Notes under the pieces: model-generated | What the model was told of the DNA's origin: nothing | The model's input: only the letters and a program-made list of their open reading frames with translations | The model's database searches: none | Program-made: the position numbers and the translations under genes | Assembly: GCA_032718475.1 (NCBI GenBank) | Contig: JAUCBJ010000522.1 | Location: forward strand, 1-56,504 | Length of the DNA stretch: 56,504 bases | Origin: Nemertoderma westbladi | Taxonomy: Eukaryota; Animalia; Xenacoelomorpha | Direction of reading: 5' to 3' | Part shown: piece after piece, positions 25,175 to 38,511 of the stretch | Layout: the number at the start of each line of letters is the position of its first letter | How positions within the stretch are numbered: the stretch's first letter is position 1

Positions 25175-26746
25175 ATGGCAACTATGAGAAGTGTTCCAAC
25201 TGATGACTCTCCTCCTCCAATGAATCCCGAGAGAGGTTATGTCAACAATCCACCGGTGGATGCGGTACGAATCCACCATGGAACTTTCCAAAATCAACTA
25301 GAACGAGTGGCCAACAATCTAAATCGACGCGACATTCGACGCATGAAGTTCTTGTGTTCCGATAAAATCTATGAAAGCAGACTGGAAGAAATTGACTCGG
25401 GAAAGAAACTGCTCCAAGAACTCTGTCGAATAGGGCTCATTGATGAGAATAACACGGAATTTTTGGAGATTCTCCTGTACATGGTGGTACGAATGGACCT
25501 ACTTCAAATATTCAATACGGATCGTCTAAAAATACAATACAAAATCCATCAGAATCCCTTCACCCACATCTCGCCATATCGGGCGCTGCTTTACGAGGTT
25601 ATTAAAGATTTTACCAAAAAGGATTTTAATGATTTCAAGTGTCTGACGTGGAATTCCGTAACACCTCGCTGTGATTGGGATCAGGTTTCCGATACTATAG
25701 GACTTATACGCATTCTAGAAAAGTCTAGAATCATTAGCGAGAAGGATGTCTCTGTCTTGGCTGATTTTGTTGGCGCAAACGCTCATCTAAGACAGACACA
25801 AATTAAAGTGGACAAATATACCGGAAGTGTATGGTTCGCAAAACTTCATAGGAGTTTTGTTGTCAGTGAAGAGGGGCAATCGTATCAAGAGGAGACGCAA
25901 GAAAGGCCTACGATAGGGGCTAGCAAATCATTGGTCAAAAATGAAATATTTGGAGACACACATCAGGTTGCAGATGAGCAATCTGTACAGGAGGATATGG
26001 CTTCCTCCAGCGAAAGACCAGACCTTCAATATGATATGTCCAAAAGGCCTCATGGATTGTGTCTTATTATAAACAATTACCACTTTAGGAAAACGAACTC
26101 CAATGATGAAGATCTCGAGGATAGAGATGGAAGCGAGGAAGATGTCAAAAGCCTGGAGAATACATTCAGAAAACTTGGTTATAAGGTGGCAATTTCACGC
26201 GACTTGACAGCGGAGAATCTCAACAGCATTCTATATTATACCTCCCGGAAACCAGATCACAAAGATTGCGACTCGTTTATTTGTTTCGTAATGACACACG
26301 GAAGGGATGGCTTCCTATTTGGATCTGACAGTATACCTATTGAATACTCTCAACTAACCACCTACTTCCAGGCCACAGTTTGTCCTCAATTGGCGTGGAA
26401 ACCAAAAATGTTCTTTTTCCAGGCTTGCATGGGGCTGAAGTCTATGGAGAGCGCGAAATTGCCTCCGACTGACAGCGTCGGGGCCCCATCGCATTACGTC
26501 GCCTCGGAGCAGGACTTCCTAATCGCCCATTCGACCACGCCTGGTCACGCGTCCAACAGAGGATATTACATAAAGGAGTTGTGTAATTGTATCAATGCGT
26601 ATGCGAATAAACACGATCTGATTTCGATTCTGACCGAAGTCAACCGAAGGATAACTAACATAACTTTCAATGACCTATCCAATCAGGTTTCTCTTCCGGA
26701 AACAACGTTAACCAAAAAAGTATTTTTCAACCAAACTAATAATTAG
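25175..26746 (+). CDS. Caspase-8/10-like initiator caspase, copy 2, intronless, nested antisense in a PSMC3 intron
   Basis: Near-identical paralogue of 10934-12517 with intact ORF, THG and QACMG. It has a 5-aa deletion in the DED-caspase linker. Confidence 0.92.
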   Translation: MATMRSVPTDDSPPPMNPERGYVNNPPVDAVRIHHGTFQNQLERVANNLNRRDIRRMKFLCSDKIYESRLEEIDSGKKLLQELCRIGLIDENNTEFLEILLYMVVRMDLLQIFNTDRLKIQYKIHQNPFTHISPYRALLYEVIKDFTKKDFNDFKCLTWNSVTPRCDWDQVSDTIGLIRILEKSRIISEKDVSVLADFVGANAHLRQTQIKVDKYTGSVWFAKLHRSFVVSEEGQSYQEETQERPTIGASKSLVKNEIFGDTHQVADEQSVQEDMASSSERPDLQYDMSKRPHGLCLIINNYHFRKTNSNDEDLEDRDGSEEDVKSLENTFRKLGYKVAISRDLTAENLNSILYYTSRKPDHKDCDSFICFVMTHGRDGFLFGSDSIPIEYSQLTTYFQATVCPQLAWKPKMFFFQACMGLKSMESAKLPPTDSVGAPSHYVASEQDFLIAHSTTPGHASNRGYYIKELCNCINAYANKHDLISILTEVNRRITNITFNDLSNQVSLPETTLTKKVFFNQTNN

Positions 26747-27021
26747 ATATTTGAAGCGAAATTGAATTACTTGTATTTTGATCATTATCGAGATATTATT
26801 ATACATTTGCAAATCAGTTGACAACTATTTAATAATAATATATCCCATCATATGAAGAAAACTGCTTACTCATCATTATCTCATTGTAGGTAACTCTATA
26901 ACTCTATCCAACAATTCAATGACCACGTCATGACGAAAATATAATTGTTTTGGAAAAAAAAAACATTTTATCGAAACAATAACAAGGAAATTAATAATTT
27001 TTCAGCCTGGAGTCGGATGTG

Positions 27022-28980
27022 GGTAGCATGAACTTAGTTCCAATCACACATTTTCAAAGGCGAACTTAGTTCCAATTGAAACGAATTTAGTTCCAAAATA
27101 AATTTTACAAAGCGAACTTAGTTCAAATCGAGGCGGACTTAGTTCCAATCCCAGAATATCAAAACGAACTTTTCCAATGGATGCGAATTTAGTTCCAATG
27201 CATGCGAATTTAGTTCCAATGGAAGCGAATTTAGTTCCAATTGGTACGAACTTAGTTCCAATGTTTCAATCGTGGGGATAGCCGCGTAGTAGGCGAAGCC
27301 TATTGTGTATTGCCACTATTTGGGGTGGGTCAGGGTCAACAATAATTGTAAATATATATTAATCACGAGTATACTGATACTGACTGACTGAGTCTGTAGT
27401 ATTATATATACTCAAGACATGCACATTGTGCCATTTTCACACCAAATACAATATTTACCAGTTGTTTTGGATTAGGTGGATGGGCGTTGATTGGGTTGGG
27501 AGGTTGGGCGTAGTTTGGGATAAGATTGTTTTGATTAGGAGGTTAGGCGTTTTGGGTTAGTTATATACAATTATTATTTAACCATCCACCTAATAGTGGC
27601 ATTAAACAGAATCTTCGCTAACTACGCGGCTCGGCCCACACCTGATACATTGGAACTAAAGTCGCATCCATTGGAACTAAATTCGCATCCATTGGAACTA
27701 AATTCGCATCCATTGGAACTAAATTCGCATCCATTGGAACTAAATTCGCATCCATTGGAACTAAATTCGCATCCATTGGAACTAAATTCGCATCCATTGG
27801 AACTAAATTCGCATCCATTGGAACTAAATTCGCATCCATTGGAACTAAATTCGCATCCATTGGAACTAAATTCGCATCCATTGGAACTAAATTCGCATCC
27901 ATTGGAACTAAATTCGCTTCCATTGGAACTAAATTCGCATCCATTGGAACTAAATTCGTTTTCGATTTTCTCTAGTTATTGGAACTAAGTTCACCTAAAT
28001 TGGAACTAAATTCGCCAAAATTTGAACTAAATTCGCATCCATTGGAACTAAATTCTCATGCATTGGAACTAAATTCGTTTTCGATTTTCTCTAGTTATTT
28101 GAACTAAGTTCGCCTAAATTGTAACTAAATTCGCCAAAATTGGAACTAAGTTCGCATGCATTGGAACTAAATTCGCATCCATTGGAACTAAATTCGCATC
28201 CATTGGAACTAAATTCGCATCCATTGGAACTAAATTCGCATCCATTGGAACTAAATTCGCATCCATTGGAACTAAATTCGCATCCATTGGAACTAAATTC
28301 GCATCCATTGGAACTAAATTCGCATCCATTGGAACTAAATTCGCATCCATTGGAACTAAATTCGCTTCCATTGGAACTAAATTCGCATCCATTGGAACTA
28401 AATTCGTTTTCGATTTTCTCTAGTTATTGGAACTAAGTTCACCTAAATTGGAACTAAATTCGCCAAAATTTGAACTAAATTCGCATCCATTGGAACTAAA
28501 TTCTCATGCATTGGAACTAAATTCGTTTTCGATTTTCTCTAGTTATTTGAACTAAGTTCGCCTAAATTGTAACTAAATTCGCCAAAATTGGAACTAAGTT
28601 CGCATGCATTGGAACTAAATTCGCATCCATTGGAACTAAATTCGCATCCATTGGAACTAAATTCGCATCCATTGGAACTAAATTCGCATCCATTGGAACT
28701 AAATTCGCATCCATTGGAACTAAATTCGCATCCATTGGAACTAAATTCGTTTCCATTGGAACTAAATTCGCATGCATTGGAACAAAATTCGTTTTCGATT
28801 TTCTCTAGTTATTGGAACTAAGTTCGCCTAAATTGGAACTAAATTCGTTTTCGTTTTTCTCTAGTTATTGGGACTAAGTTCGCCTAAATTGGAACTAAAT
28901 TCGCCAAAATTTGAACTAAATTCGTTTCCATTGGAACTAAATTCGCATGAGGCTTAAATTGGAACTAAGTACGGGGAATC
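27022..28980. mobile_element. Foldback-type non-autonomous DNA transposon with inverted 21-bp arrays
   Basis: Reverse-oriented units at 27030-27262 and forward units (TTGGAACTAAATTCGCATCCA) at 27650-28970. Imperfect 22-bp termini in register. Exact 8-bp direct repeat CGGATGTG at 27014-27021 and 28981-28988. Confidence 0.8.
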
Positions 28981-29379
28981 CGGATGTGTATGTGTGTAAC
29001 CAGTGTGATGCCTTGGGTTAAGTAATATGGGACAAGTACATCTACAGGTACGGGTACTGCCAATGTTTATACAACAATCTAGTGCATATTATGAATGAAA
29101 ATATTATATTATGATGAAATTGATATTATAATGAATATAATTATAATGAAAAAATAGGAAAAAGAGAAAATATTCAAATAAATGAAAAAAATGACCAAAT
29201 TTAACATTTCACCAAATTGAATGCATTATTTGAAAATATTTCATTTCAATAAATATATCAGTATCTGAACAATTTCGAGATTTAGAACCTAATTGTCCTG
29301 GGCAATATTAAAGGGATCGAATTGTCCTTCTTTCCGCTATTATGACGAAAAATGCGGTGACAATGTCTTATTAATTATT

Positions 29380-29560
29380 ATTTTTGAGACGCCGCTTAAA
29401 GAACACTGGCCTTGACGATGCGGATGATCTAGCAAATGTCATGGGCGACAGGGAGTTGTGGCGGCCCAATTTTGTCGAAACGTTAGGCACAGATATTTAA
29501 TATATATGTAATATATAATGCAGCTGCAATGCAGCATGTCGATAGTAGTAGTAGTAGTAT
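29380..29560 (+). mobile_element. 3' end fragment of the RTE-like LINE
   Basis: acactggccttga.gatgcggatgatctagcaaatgtcatggg...gcagctgcaatgcagcatg followed by (TAG)n, matching the 3' ends of copies A and B. Confidence 0.85.
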
Positions 29561-29790
29561 TATAAATGGGAAAATCTTTTAGGCTCGTTACGCCAAGGAA
29601 TGCCTGTTCACCACCACGGGTGATCTTCCACAATAAACCCTTCCATTCTGTTTCCCAAGTTGGCTTAGTTCCCATTTATCGACCACTGAAGGATGAAAGC
29701 CAGGGTTGGGCTAGGCTGCTGTGCATTTACAGCACTGAGCCCAAAAGCCCAGGAATGTCACCACTAGACCAAGCTGCTTGGCATTACACT
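29561..29790 (-). mobile_element. Degenerate tRNA-derived SINE with a Deu/Nin-like central domain
   Basis: The minus strand has an A-box-like TGGTCTAGTGG and GGCTTTCATCCTTCAGTGGTCGATAAATG, which resembles the conserved Deu/Nin SINE domain as recalled. No B box is evident. Confidence 0.5.
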
Positions 29791-31412
29791 AACTGACTAA
29801 TAGTCACTTAGTGTAATGTCAAGCATTTAGAGATAGAGACATAACAATAATTAACGATATAATTAATATACGTAACTCCAATTGACAATAAGTAGTGAAA
29901 TGTTGTTCAGCTGTGAAACTCTAGTTGTGGGTATTTAATTTCGCATTCCATAATGTTGATAATATGCTAATATTTCGAATATCGCACATCGAATCATTCC
30001 CAACCTTTTTATTTAACAATTAGATACTAATTGATAAATAGTCGCGTTAAATTTTTTTGCGTTCCTGCTTCAGTTTTTGAGATATTGGATGGTTATACAT
30101 ACACACACCAACCACATCGTGTTTTTGAACGGCTCAACTCTTGACAAGAACTACCCAGTCTATATACAGGTTCGTTATAACCATAAATAATAACAGTCAA
30201 CAATTATTAAATCGTAAAATTAAAAAAATCAAAATGCCAATAACTAAAACCAACATTGGATTTAATAGTATCGCTATTTCTATAAATTTATTTATTTACA
30301 TTGCATTTAGACAAAAAAATTCGGAAGCATTGGAAACTTTAAAATATTTAATAAAACACATAAAATAATAAATAAAAATAATAAATAAAAAAATTTATTA
30401 TTCAAAATTCGAAAGAGATGCTATCACTTAGATTATAAAAAAATAGCGCGATACTTAGAATTATCTTATATATTTGTGCTGCGATTTAGTGCAACTTCAG
30501 AAGAAAATTATAGGGCCTACTAAGTACTGTTAGTTCACCGATGTGTGTGTGTGTGTTACGTAGGTACTGTAGATCTGGAGAGTCTGCTGACGGTTATTGC
30601 CGCCAATCATCGGCTACGTTGGGTACTGCCATCCGTGCTGCCTCTTAATTTTATTTTGATGTTTCAGGCAATAAAAGAAATAATCATAATAAATTGATTT
30701 ATAAGGTTGATGGGGCATCGTAGTGTGGTGATCTGCGAAATTCAGTCAATATGGAAGAAAATATTTGAAAAATATACAAACCGACGAACATGCCTATGCC
30801 TAAGTACTATACTAAGTACTATAGACGACTAAGTAGGCCTACTATAGACAAGTTTAAACCAAACTCTTAATTAAGGTAATAATGGTGTATGTTCACTACG
30901 TGACACACACCACTTTGACATATAAATAAAACCAACAAAATGGCTTTGTCCTTTAAATACTTAATTAAACTAACAAACAAAATGGAGCTTAATCAAAAAA
31001 GTAAATATTTAATCAGTTTAACAAGAGGTGCATAAACGTGATTAAATGGTTGGATTGCCCCACTCATTCGGTTTAGATTATGGTATATTTTAAATCCACC
31101 TCAACCTCGAGTATTGCTGCTTTGAAGTTGAAACAATTGTAATTTAAATATTCTTTGATAACTGAGTTAAGTAATGGAGCCCTATAACGTGTAAAAGGAA
31201 AGAATATTGATTGACAGATCCTGTACGACAAAGGGCAGATGAAGTGTAGTCGCTATTGATTTTCTATTGCTTTGCTCCCTTCGCCATGCATAGTTTGTCA
31301 CAATGCGTACAGTACATGAGATTTAACTGATAATTATTAAGTAATTTTAACATTTTTTTTTAACAAGTAAATTATCACAGTAATTTAAGATATTTATGAA
31401 TAATTAGTAAAT

Positions 31413-32144
31413 ATGGCAACAAGCAAACGATTGGACGGTCAGATTATCCTCGTAACAGCTGCAGCTCAAGGGATAGGCCGAGCCTCGGCGAAGGCATTTG
31501 CTAGAGAAGGCGCCAAAGTCATAGCTACGGATATTAACTTTGATAAGCTAAAATATATCGAATCAGCCAGCATTCAAGTGAAACAACTGGACGTCACTGA
31601 CGATGAAGCAATTCAGGAGCTAGCGGACAGTATAGAGAAGGTCGACTGCCTTATGAATTGTGTTGGCCAAGGATATGAAGGGAATCTATTGGGAACATCA
31701 GTTGATGATTTCGATGGATGTCTTCGGGTTAATCTACGGAGTATGTTCGTCATGACAAAATCGATATTACCGAAAATGTTGAAAGCCGGTAGAGGAAGCA
31801 TTATCAATGTTGGGAGCGCGTGCGTCCTGAAAATCCCGCAGAACCGATGTGCGTACGTGACGAGCAAAGCGGCAATCTGGGGATTCAGTAACTCTATCGC
31901 TCTGGACTACGCACCGTACGGGATCCGATGCAACTGTCTGACACCGGGAGCCACTGACAGTGAGTCTATGAGGGAACGGTTGAAGGACCCGAATAGCCCC
32001 GACCAGGGGATAGTAGAGGCCCTTCCTATGGGTAGAATGGGGAGACCAGAGGAGATGGCTGCCATGTGCGTCTATCTAGCTAGCGACGAGAGTGCCTACA
32101 CAACTGGCCATATGATGATTGTCGATGGAGCCTTTTCTTTATAA
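31413..32144 (+). CDS. BDH2: Short-chain dehydrogenase/reductase, BDH2/DHRS6-like, intronless, nested antisense in a PSMC3 intron
   Basis: The Rossmann motif TAAAQGIG and KVIATDIN are characteristic of DHRS6/BDH2. Also YVTSK (YxxxK), NR.AY, GIRCN and YLASDESAYTTG; 243 aa. Confidence 0.88.
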   Translation: MATSKRLDGQIILVTAAAQGIGRASAKAFAREGAKVIATDINFDKLKYIESASIQVKQLDVTDDEAIQELADSIEKVDCLMNCVGQGYEGNLLGTSVDDFDGCLRVNLRSMFVMTKSILPKMLKAGRGSIINVGSACVLKIPQNRCAYVTSKAAIWGFSNSIALDYAPYGIRCNCLTPGATDSESMRERLKDPNSPDQGIVEALPMGRMGRPEEMAAMCVYLASDESAYTTGHMMIVDGAFSL

Positions 32145-32409
32145 ATACTGAAACTAAATGGAGTTTAGAAAACTGCTGAGCAGCTGAGGTATAAAGCGTT
32201 ATTGCTTATTTAATTTTATGCTAATAATTTCTTTCAGTGCTTGACATAAATTGATAAAATATTTACACAATAGGCAAATTCATGTAGAGGTATAGAAGTG
32301 ATACTGTATATATAATTAGTCATTACGACGAATTGCATTGCTCTGTTCTAACAGTATACACCATATCCTGGAATATATAGTAGTGTCGTTATTCAGGTAC
32401 CTAGAACCC

Positions 32410-35400
32410 ACCCCAAAAATAATTTTTTTTTCTTCTACAGAATGAGATTTAATGAGATTATCTTTAATAAGATTGCATGACATTTGAAACAGAGATAGTT
32501 TCACATCCATCCTCCTCCGTGGGTGAGTCAGAATTTTTATTTTTGCTTTAATTTTTTTAGATACTTTGAAAAAAGTGTCTCCCTCGATATTGCACCAGTT
32601 ACACCGCAGTTATTCTTCAATCTTATAGTGATTTGTTGGTACCAATGGGAAGCTGTCCATGCAAGGATTCCAAATATGTAACACAATTTGAATTTCGTTG
32701 AAAAATAGCTGAGACATGAGCGTTCAAAATATTGCATGGTTTTGCAACTGTGAGAGGCTGTTTTATTATTTCAAATTAAAACACCATATTCAACATTTTG
32801 TTTATTTATGAATAGCTATATATAGTCTGATTAAAGAAGCATTGCATTGTTGCCCAGCTACGTATGGGATAAACAAAATGTTCTAAAATATGGTGTATTA
32901 AATATAATGAAATGGCCTGCATATTAAGCAAATAAATTTCGAATGCCCATATCTCAGCTATTTCCCAACCAAATTCAAATGTTTTTGGGTCAATAAGCTT
33001 AAAAGTGGCCAAAAAGGGGTACAAATTGACCGAAAAATTTTTGTCGGAAATTAGTGCAAAACCATACACCATTCGAAAGATAATTTCATGGCGAATCTTG
33101 TGATGGTAGAGGGAGAGCATGACGCGCTGCTCAAAGGGATATATATGGCAAAAACTAATGTCATATCTGTAACGTTTTTGTCTACCACTGTAACGCATTA
33201 CAGTAATGACATTTATGGGACAAACGTCTGTAACGGCATCTATAACGGTAATTATGTTATGTGGATTTTGCAGTATTTATAACTTATTGCTTCGACAATA
33301 AAGTAATTTATTGGACAAACATCTGTAACAAACAGCGATATCTGCCCATAACCATCGCATCCACTAAATTATATGTACTTAATACACATGATTTCAATAA
33401 ATAGAAAAAGTTTTTCATTAACATTTTTCTGTGTAACCGATAATCTTGTTTTACACGATTTTTTTTATCCCGTGTTAAATTTTCTCTATCGCGCCGCTTT
33501 TTAGATATGCTTGTTTAAAATACTCTGTATAACAACCGCGGTCCATTTTTCCTCTGTACTTATTTAACCGCTCCCTGGCGTTTCTCTGCAACTGATTCAT
33601 AGACGTCCATTAACTCATCCAATAAACGGATCTGACTAAACTTATCACAATAATATAAGTAGTGCACAAGTCCGTCATGTATGTCAGTAAGTGATGTTAA
33701 GCCAATGATTTAGAAATTGAAAGTAAAATATAGGCCTTTTATACGCATTAGAGTATTTAATCATTAGAGTAAATTATAATCTCATTGAAGTTACACAAGA
33801 ATCACTGATAACAGTCACTGGATTCTTTACTTTAGTTTATTTATTGCTTCATGTCAGATGAAATTAGACATACAAATTTATTGAAGTCTATCTATATACT
33901 GTACGTCTGCAGACCCTAATCATGAAAAACGAAAAACAAAACTTTGGGCAAAGGACCGTCTGTACAATATATTGTATGTTAAAAATACACCGTTTGTAGG
34001 AAATAATACATACAATTTATAAGATGGAGATTGTATATATTTGCAATTAATTCCTAAATTATTTACCACGGACCCGGAAGCTCTGGATTCATACAATTTC
34101 ATATGTGAAGTGAATCTGCGCTTTACTCCCCAGAATCCACAATCACCTCTTCACGGATAGAGATAAACATGAATCCGTGTTTTACTTCCCTTACGGGATC
34201 CAGTAACACTTGGCAATGAAAATTAGCTTGAATTCGCATTTTGCAATCATTTCCGGATTTCATGAAAATCCGGATCCGCGTTGTAACCCCAAAATCCGGG
34301 TACCGATCCGGATCCTGCATCCGGTTCCGCGTTTTACACTTACCCATCTTACTGCACTGTAACGGTGACGCGTTACAGATGGTTGACAAAATCGCTTACC
34401 ACCGCCATACATTCTAGGTGTTTATTTATCACATTAACTCTTGGGGTTAATGCGGCATAAATTAAAATTGCCTTTCCACACGTACATCATACTTGTAAGA
34501 GATTAATATTATCAAAATCTATGGCCACATTTGTAGCGTTACAGATATGGACGTTTATGCTTTCTATATTGACTTTGTTAAACATAAATGCTTCCCAAAT
34601 GAGATGATCTTGTCCTTTGTAAGTGATATTTGGCCTATATAAGTTAGAAACCCTGTAGATTCTAAATATATCAAAACTGAAAACCTACAGTTATTACTTC
34701 AGATTCTAGACGTAAATGTTACAGATGTGACACAAAAATTGAAAAATCCATGCCCATTTTATGAATCGATCACAAATGGTTCAACATGAATATTATGGCC
34801 TGAAATATATCGGAAAAGAAAGCAAAACATCTAAGCTTCCCAATAATATATAGGTTTTCTATATATTTGCCACTTGGAGTGATAAAATTTACAGTTGTTT
34901 GTGGTCGTGTCATGTAAGGGACAAGTGATTTTCACGATATTTCAGTCTTTAATGGGGCATATCTTTTGACTGCCTTTACAGATTTTGATAATTTTTAGTG
35001 CGTAAGCTGCGCAAATAAATTAGCTACAGAATAATATATACTTTATTACATACGAATAAATTAAAGCGTTTAAAATTATATCGTAACTTCCAGACAAACC
35101 ATTGGCCACTTTTAAGCTTATTGACCCTTTTACATATTTGGAATCCTTGCACGGTCAGCTTTATAACGAACGGTAACTGGCGAAATATCACCTGTTTGGT
35201 TTTCAAATGCATGTAGCTATTGAAAGCAAAAATAAGCATTTGGGCTCACCCACGAAGGAGGAAGGAGTATGGCATCACAAATGGCTCAAAATCCAATATT
35301 TATACATTATATACGCAGTATAATCTTAATTATCTAAATTCTAAAATTATCTAATTCAGTAGACGCATTCAATCAGTTTTATTATTGAAATCAGTTTAAT

Positions 35401-35960
35401 CAGCTTACATTGAATTACAATTCAATATAAATATCGAAATAAATTGAATTATATTGCAATATATTTAAATATATTCCAATATAAATATTGCAATATATAA
35501 TTCAAGACGAATTCAGCTGTTTCATGCCCGTCATCAGTTACCTAGGCAACCAGAGTGCCAAAATCGAAATCTCATAATCTTTTCTGCTTTGGATACTGCG
35601 ACCTGCAGGGCCATACAGCCAATATTAAGTATGTGGGGGGGGGGGGGGGGGGAGTACCTGTAACAGTGTAATGTAATGGCTTTGTATGTCTGTATGTCTA
35701 CTTACTGCCATAAAGGCTAAGACAGCAAGGAAGGCTAGTAGTAGCAAGACAGCTGATTTCATCTTGAATTATATATTTCAATATTTATATTGAATTATAA
35801 TAAATCAATGTAAGCTGATTGATTTCAATAGCAAAACTGATTGAATGCGTATACTGATTGAATGTATAAACAGGGAATTTTAAGCCATTTGTGATGCCAT
35901 AGAGGGTGGTGAAACTATCTCTGTTTCAAATTTGACGCAATCTCATTAAGATTTGTAGAA
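32410..35960. mobile_element. Composite DNA-transposon derivative with long inverted ends
   Basis: 32430-32550 is the reverse complement of 35222-35267 plus 35902-35960. The same end occurs at 22035-22130. 32830-32980 is an inverted homologue of ~20770-20920. Confidence 0.6.
35268..35901. mobile_element. MITE with long imperfect TIRs, nested in the end of the previous element
   Basis: TATGGCATCACAAATGGCT...AGCCATTTGTGATGCCATA termini with ~150-bp inverted arms. 3-bp GAG direct repeat on both sides. An uninterrupted version of the target is seen at ~22056-22095. Confidence 0.8.
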
Positions 35961-36007
35961 AAATGGGGGGGGGGGGGGGGGGGGGGGGGTCCTATATCTT
36001 ATAAATA

Positions 36008-37505
36008 TATAGAGACCTAGTTAAGATGGGAACAAAAACTGTTGAACTATATATTTCGTGTATAATAATTAATATAGATTTTTTATGATTATTTTTGAAT
36101 TAATTACATTATTCTATTGGTGAATATCTTTTTAAATAATTGCAGCTACAGCTGGTTTTGTTCCGACCTACTGCATAATTTCCTAGCACCTTTAATCTTT
36201 ATGAATATTTTTTGAATTAATTGCAGCTGGTTTGTTCTGACTTACTGTATATATTTTTCCTAGCACCATACACTATATTCTATAATTATGAATATTATCA
36301 GAACTAGAAAGCCAGCAAGCTGGCTGGAAGGAGCCCGGGGGAAAAATCCTATTTACAAGACTATTAGAAATAAACCTTGTCGGTCAACAGTAAGTAAACT
36401 AAACAATTGTCTAAACTATAAGGCGTGGGGCTAGCTGACTTTGTGGCTCGTCCCACATAATAAAAAATGAAACTTGGCTATGACAACACACCCGGTTCTT
36501 TTAAATTTGCGTGATTTGAGTTTTATGCTCGCACCACTATTTGTAAGAAATGTTAAAACTTATCTTACAGTATGCCAATGTAGTAATGGTATTAAAATAT
36601 AATAATTGAATTAATTTACACTATTAATGCTTCAGCTAAAAAATGATGCTATTATATTATTATTCCACGAAGCATTGGGCTGATTATTTTGTATATTATC
36701 ATATACAAAATAATCAGCCTGCAGCAGAAGGGGCTTAGTCGATAAATTCTGCATTGATGGAATTCTATCTCAGGCAGCCCCGCACTCAACCATTCCTACA
36801 CAGCTAGTTGCTGCAGCAGCTCAGGCAGGAGTTGTTACTTCACCATTGCTTTTAATTTTGCGACAAAATAATTTCAAAAAACGAAATATATCGAATACCA
36901 CACATTGAATCGATCTGATATTTTGTAACGCGATTATGAACCACCAAAGCAATTTACTTTTAAAATTTCAACAAAATCGCCAGGCAGGAAGTGCCTGAAC
37001 CTTGATAATTATCAGTCAGTCAGTCAGTCAGTGTTATATATCCTGAGATTTTTACAGTAAGTATCCCGCCTGTCGAGCGGGCTCCTAATTAATCGCAGCT
37101 GGGTGGATCTGGCCTGTTATTTCTATTTATGATCATTTTTGAATTAATTACCTTATTCTATTACTGGATGAAATATTATTTTTGAAATTCTTCACGTTTT
37201 TTGTGCATTGTTAGATTTAATCGACTGCTCCTTACATTGCTTTCGGCGGTTTTTTTTAATTCTTTTTTTTTAACAATTTGATTTTTCTGCATTCTGCTGG
37301 TGGTACTGTAACGGCCAAACTGCAAAGCAAACGTCTGAAGCAGGCCGGTAGGCCGAAAACGTTCACGTACTACTGAACTTACCACCAACCTTAGAAAAAC
37401 TATACTATACAATACAGTTAACTGTTTATTTACTCTTTTAATTCTATATTAATTATACACGAAATATATAGTTGAACAGTTTTTTCCCATCTTAATTATG
37501 ACTAT
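36008..37505. mobile_element. TIR element (non-autonomous)
   Basis: ttaagatggga.aaaaactgtt.aactatatatttcgtgtataat at ~36021-36077 is inverted at ~37442-37496. Confidence 0.65.
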
Positions 37506-37697
37506 AACTTTTAGCCTCAAATATTCCTAAACATTCCTAACAGTAGACCATCACATATATTCACTTATTTAGTAAAGTTTAAAATTGTATATAAAATTAA
37601 ATATATAGCTGCACCAACCCATCATCCCACCACCAATCAGAACAATACAATTAAGACAAACCAATTAAACATACAATTAATAATGGTGCACCGTGGA

Positions 37698-37965
37698 TTA
37701 ATACCGGTCTGCGAGGTAATTCCCCCGCAGACCCGCACCATCTCCAAAGCCCAGCGCCCTCCAGGGACGCCGGCCACCACGCAGACAGAGGGAGTTATAG
37801 CGGAGGAGCGCGAACTGAAGCCGCCTCCGAACTCCCCCGAGAACGCAGGCTAGGCCACGTTCCCGCATCCCCTGCCGCCGAGCCACAAGGGTCTCAGCGA
37901 GGTGGCTGATGAAGATATCAGTCTCCTTGCACCACACCTCGTCAGTGGTTCCGACGGGGACTGTA
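37698..37965 (-). mobile_element. 3' fragment of a CRE-like (RLE-type) non-LTR retrotransposon
   Basis: GC-rich island encoding TDEVWCKETDIFISHLAETL...VRRRLQFALLRYNSLCLRGGRRPWRALG. This resembles the C-terminal S.DG..G.EA..F...LA...R.RLSFA.LR...CLRGSR pattern of such elements. Confidence 0.65.
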
Positions 37966-38511
37966 ACTATAACGGATGACTATAACTCCGTTGGCAAAGA
38001 CATACCAGTTCATTTCAGCTCTATATAGCTGACTTACAAATTTCAATTTCGCCTTGTTATTTGCATTTTATTTTTTCTCAAATAATACCACCACAGTGGT
38101 AAATCTCACCAGGCGTGAGCTTGCATTATGACCTCTTGTGATTACTTGGACGACCAAAATCCGATAACAAGGTCACATTATTTACATAATGGGAACAATA
38201 ATCACCGAACAACTATGACCTTTGGTTAATCAGTATTACTTATTTACAGAGAAACTGCAAATGTGACATTTAATATAGTAGTATATTATTACCATAAATG
38301 ACAAGTTATTCATTTATACTTCACGTCCTCAACATATACTGTAGGCCTATTTCAATCAATCCCCTTTCTCGCCCTTACAAACCTTTCCACAAATCGAATT
38401 CGTTTTGCTTAAACTTTGAAACATAAGTAATGTAAATACCCTGAAGCCGTCGTATATTTCTAAAATTTACAATAAATGAATTGTTGAGGGGTGGAGTGAC
38501 TGGTGAATTAA

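Noticed and set aside
31413-32144. Bacterial horizontal transfer of the intronless SDR
   Set aside because: The DHRS6/BDH2 family is native to animals and the neighbouring animal-type genes are also intronless. It cannot be supported without a phylogeny.
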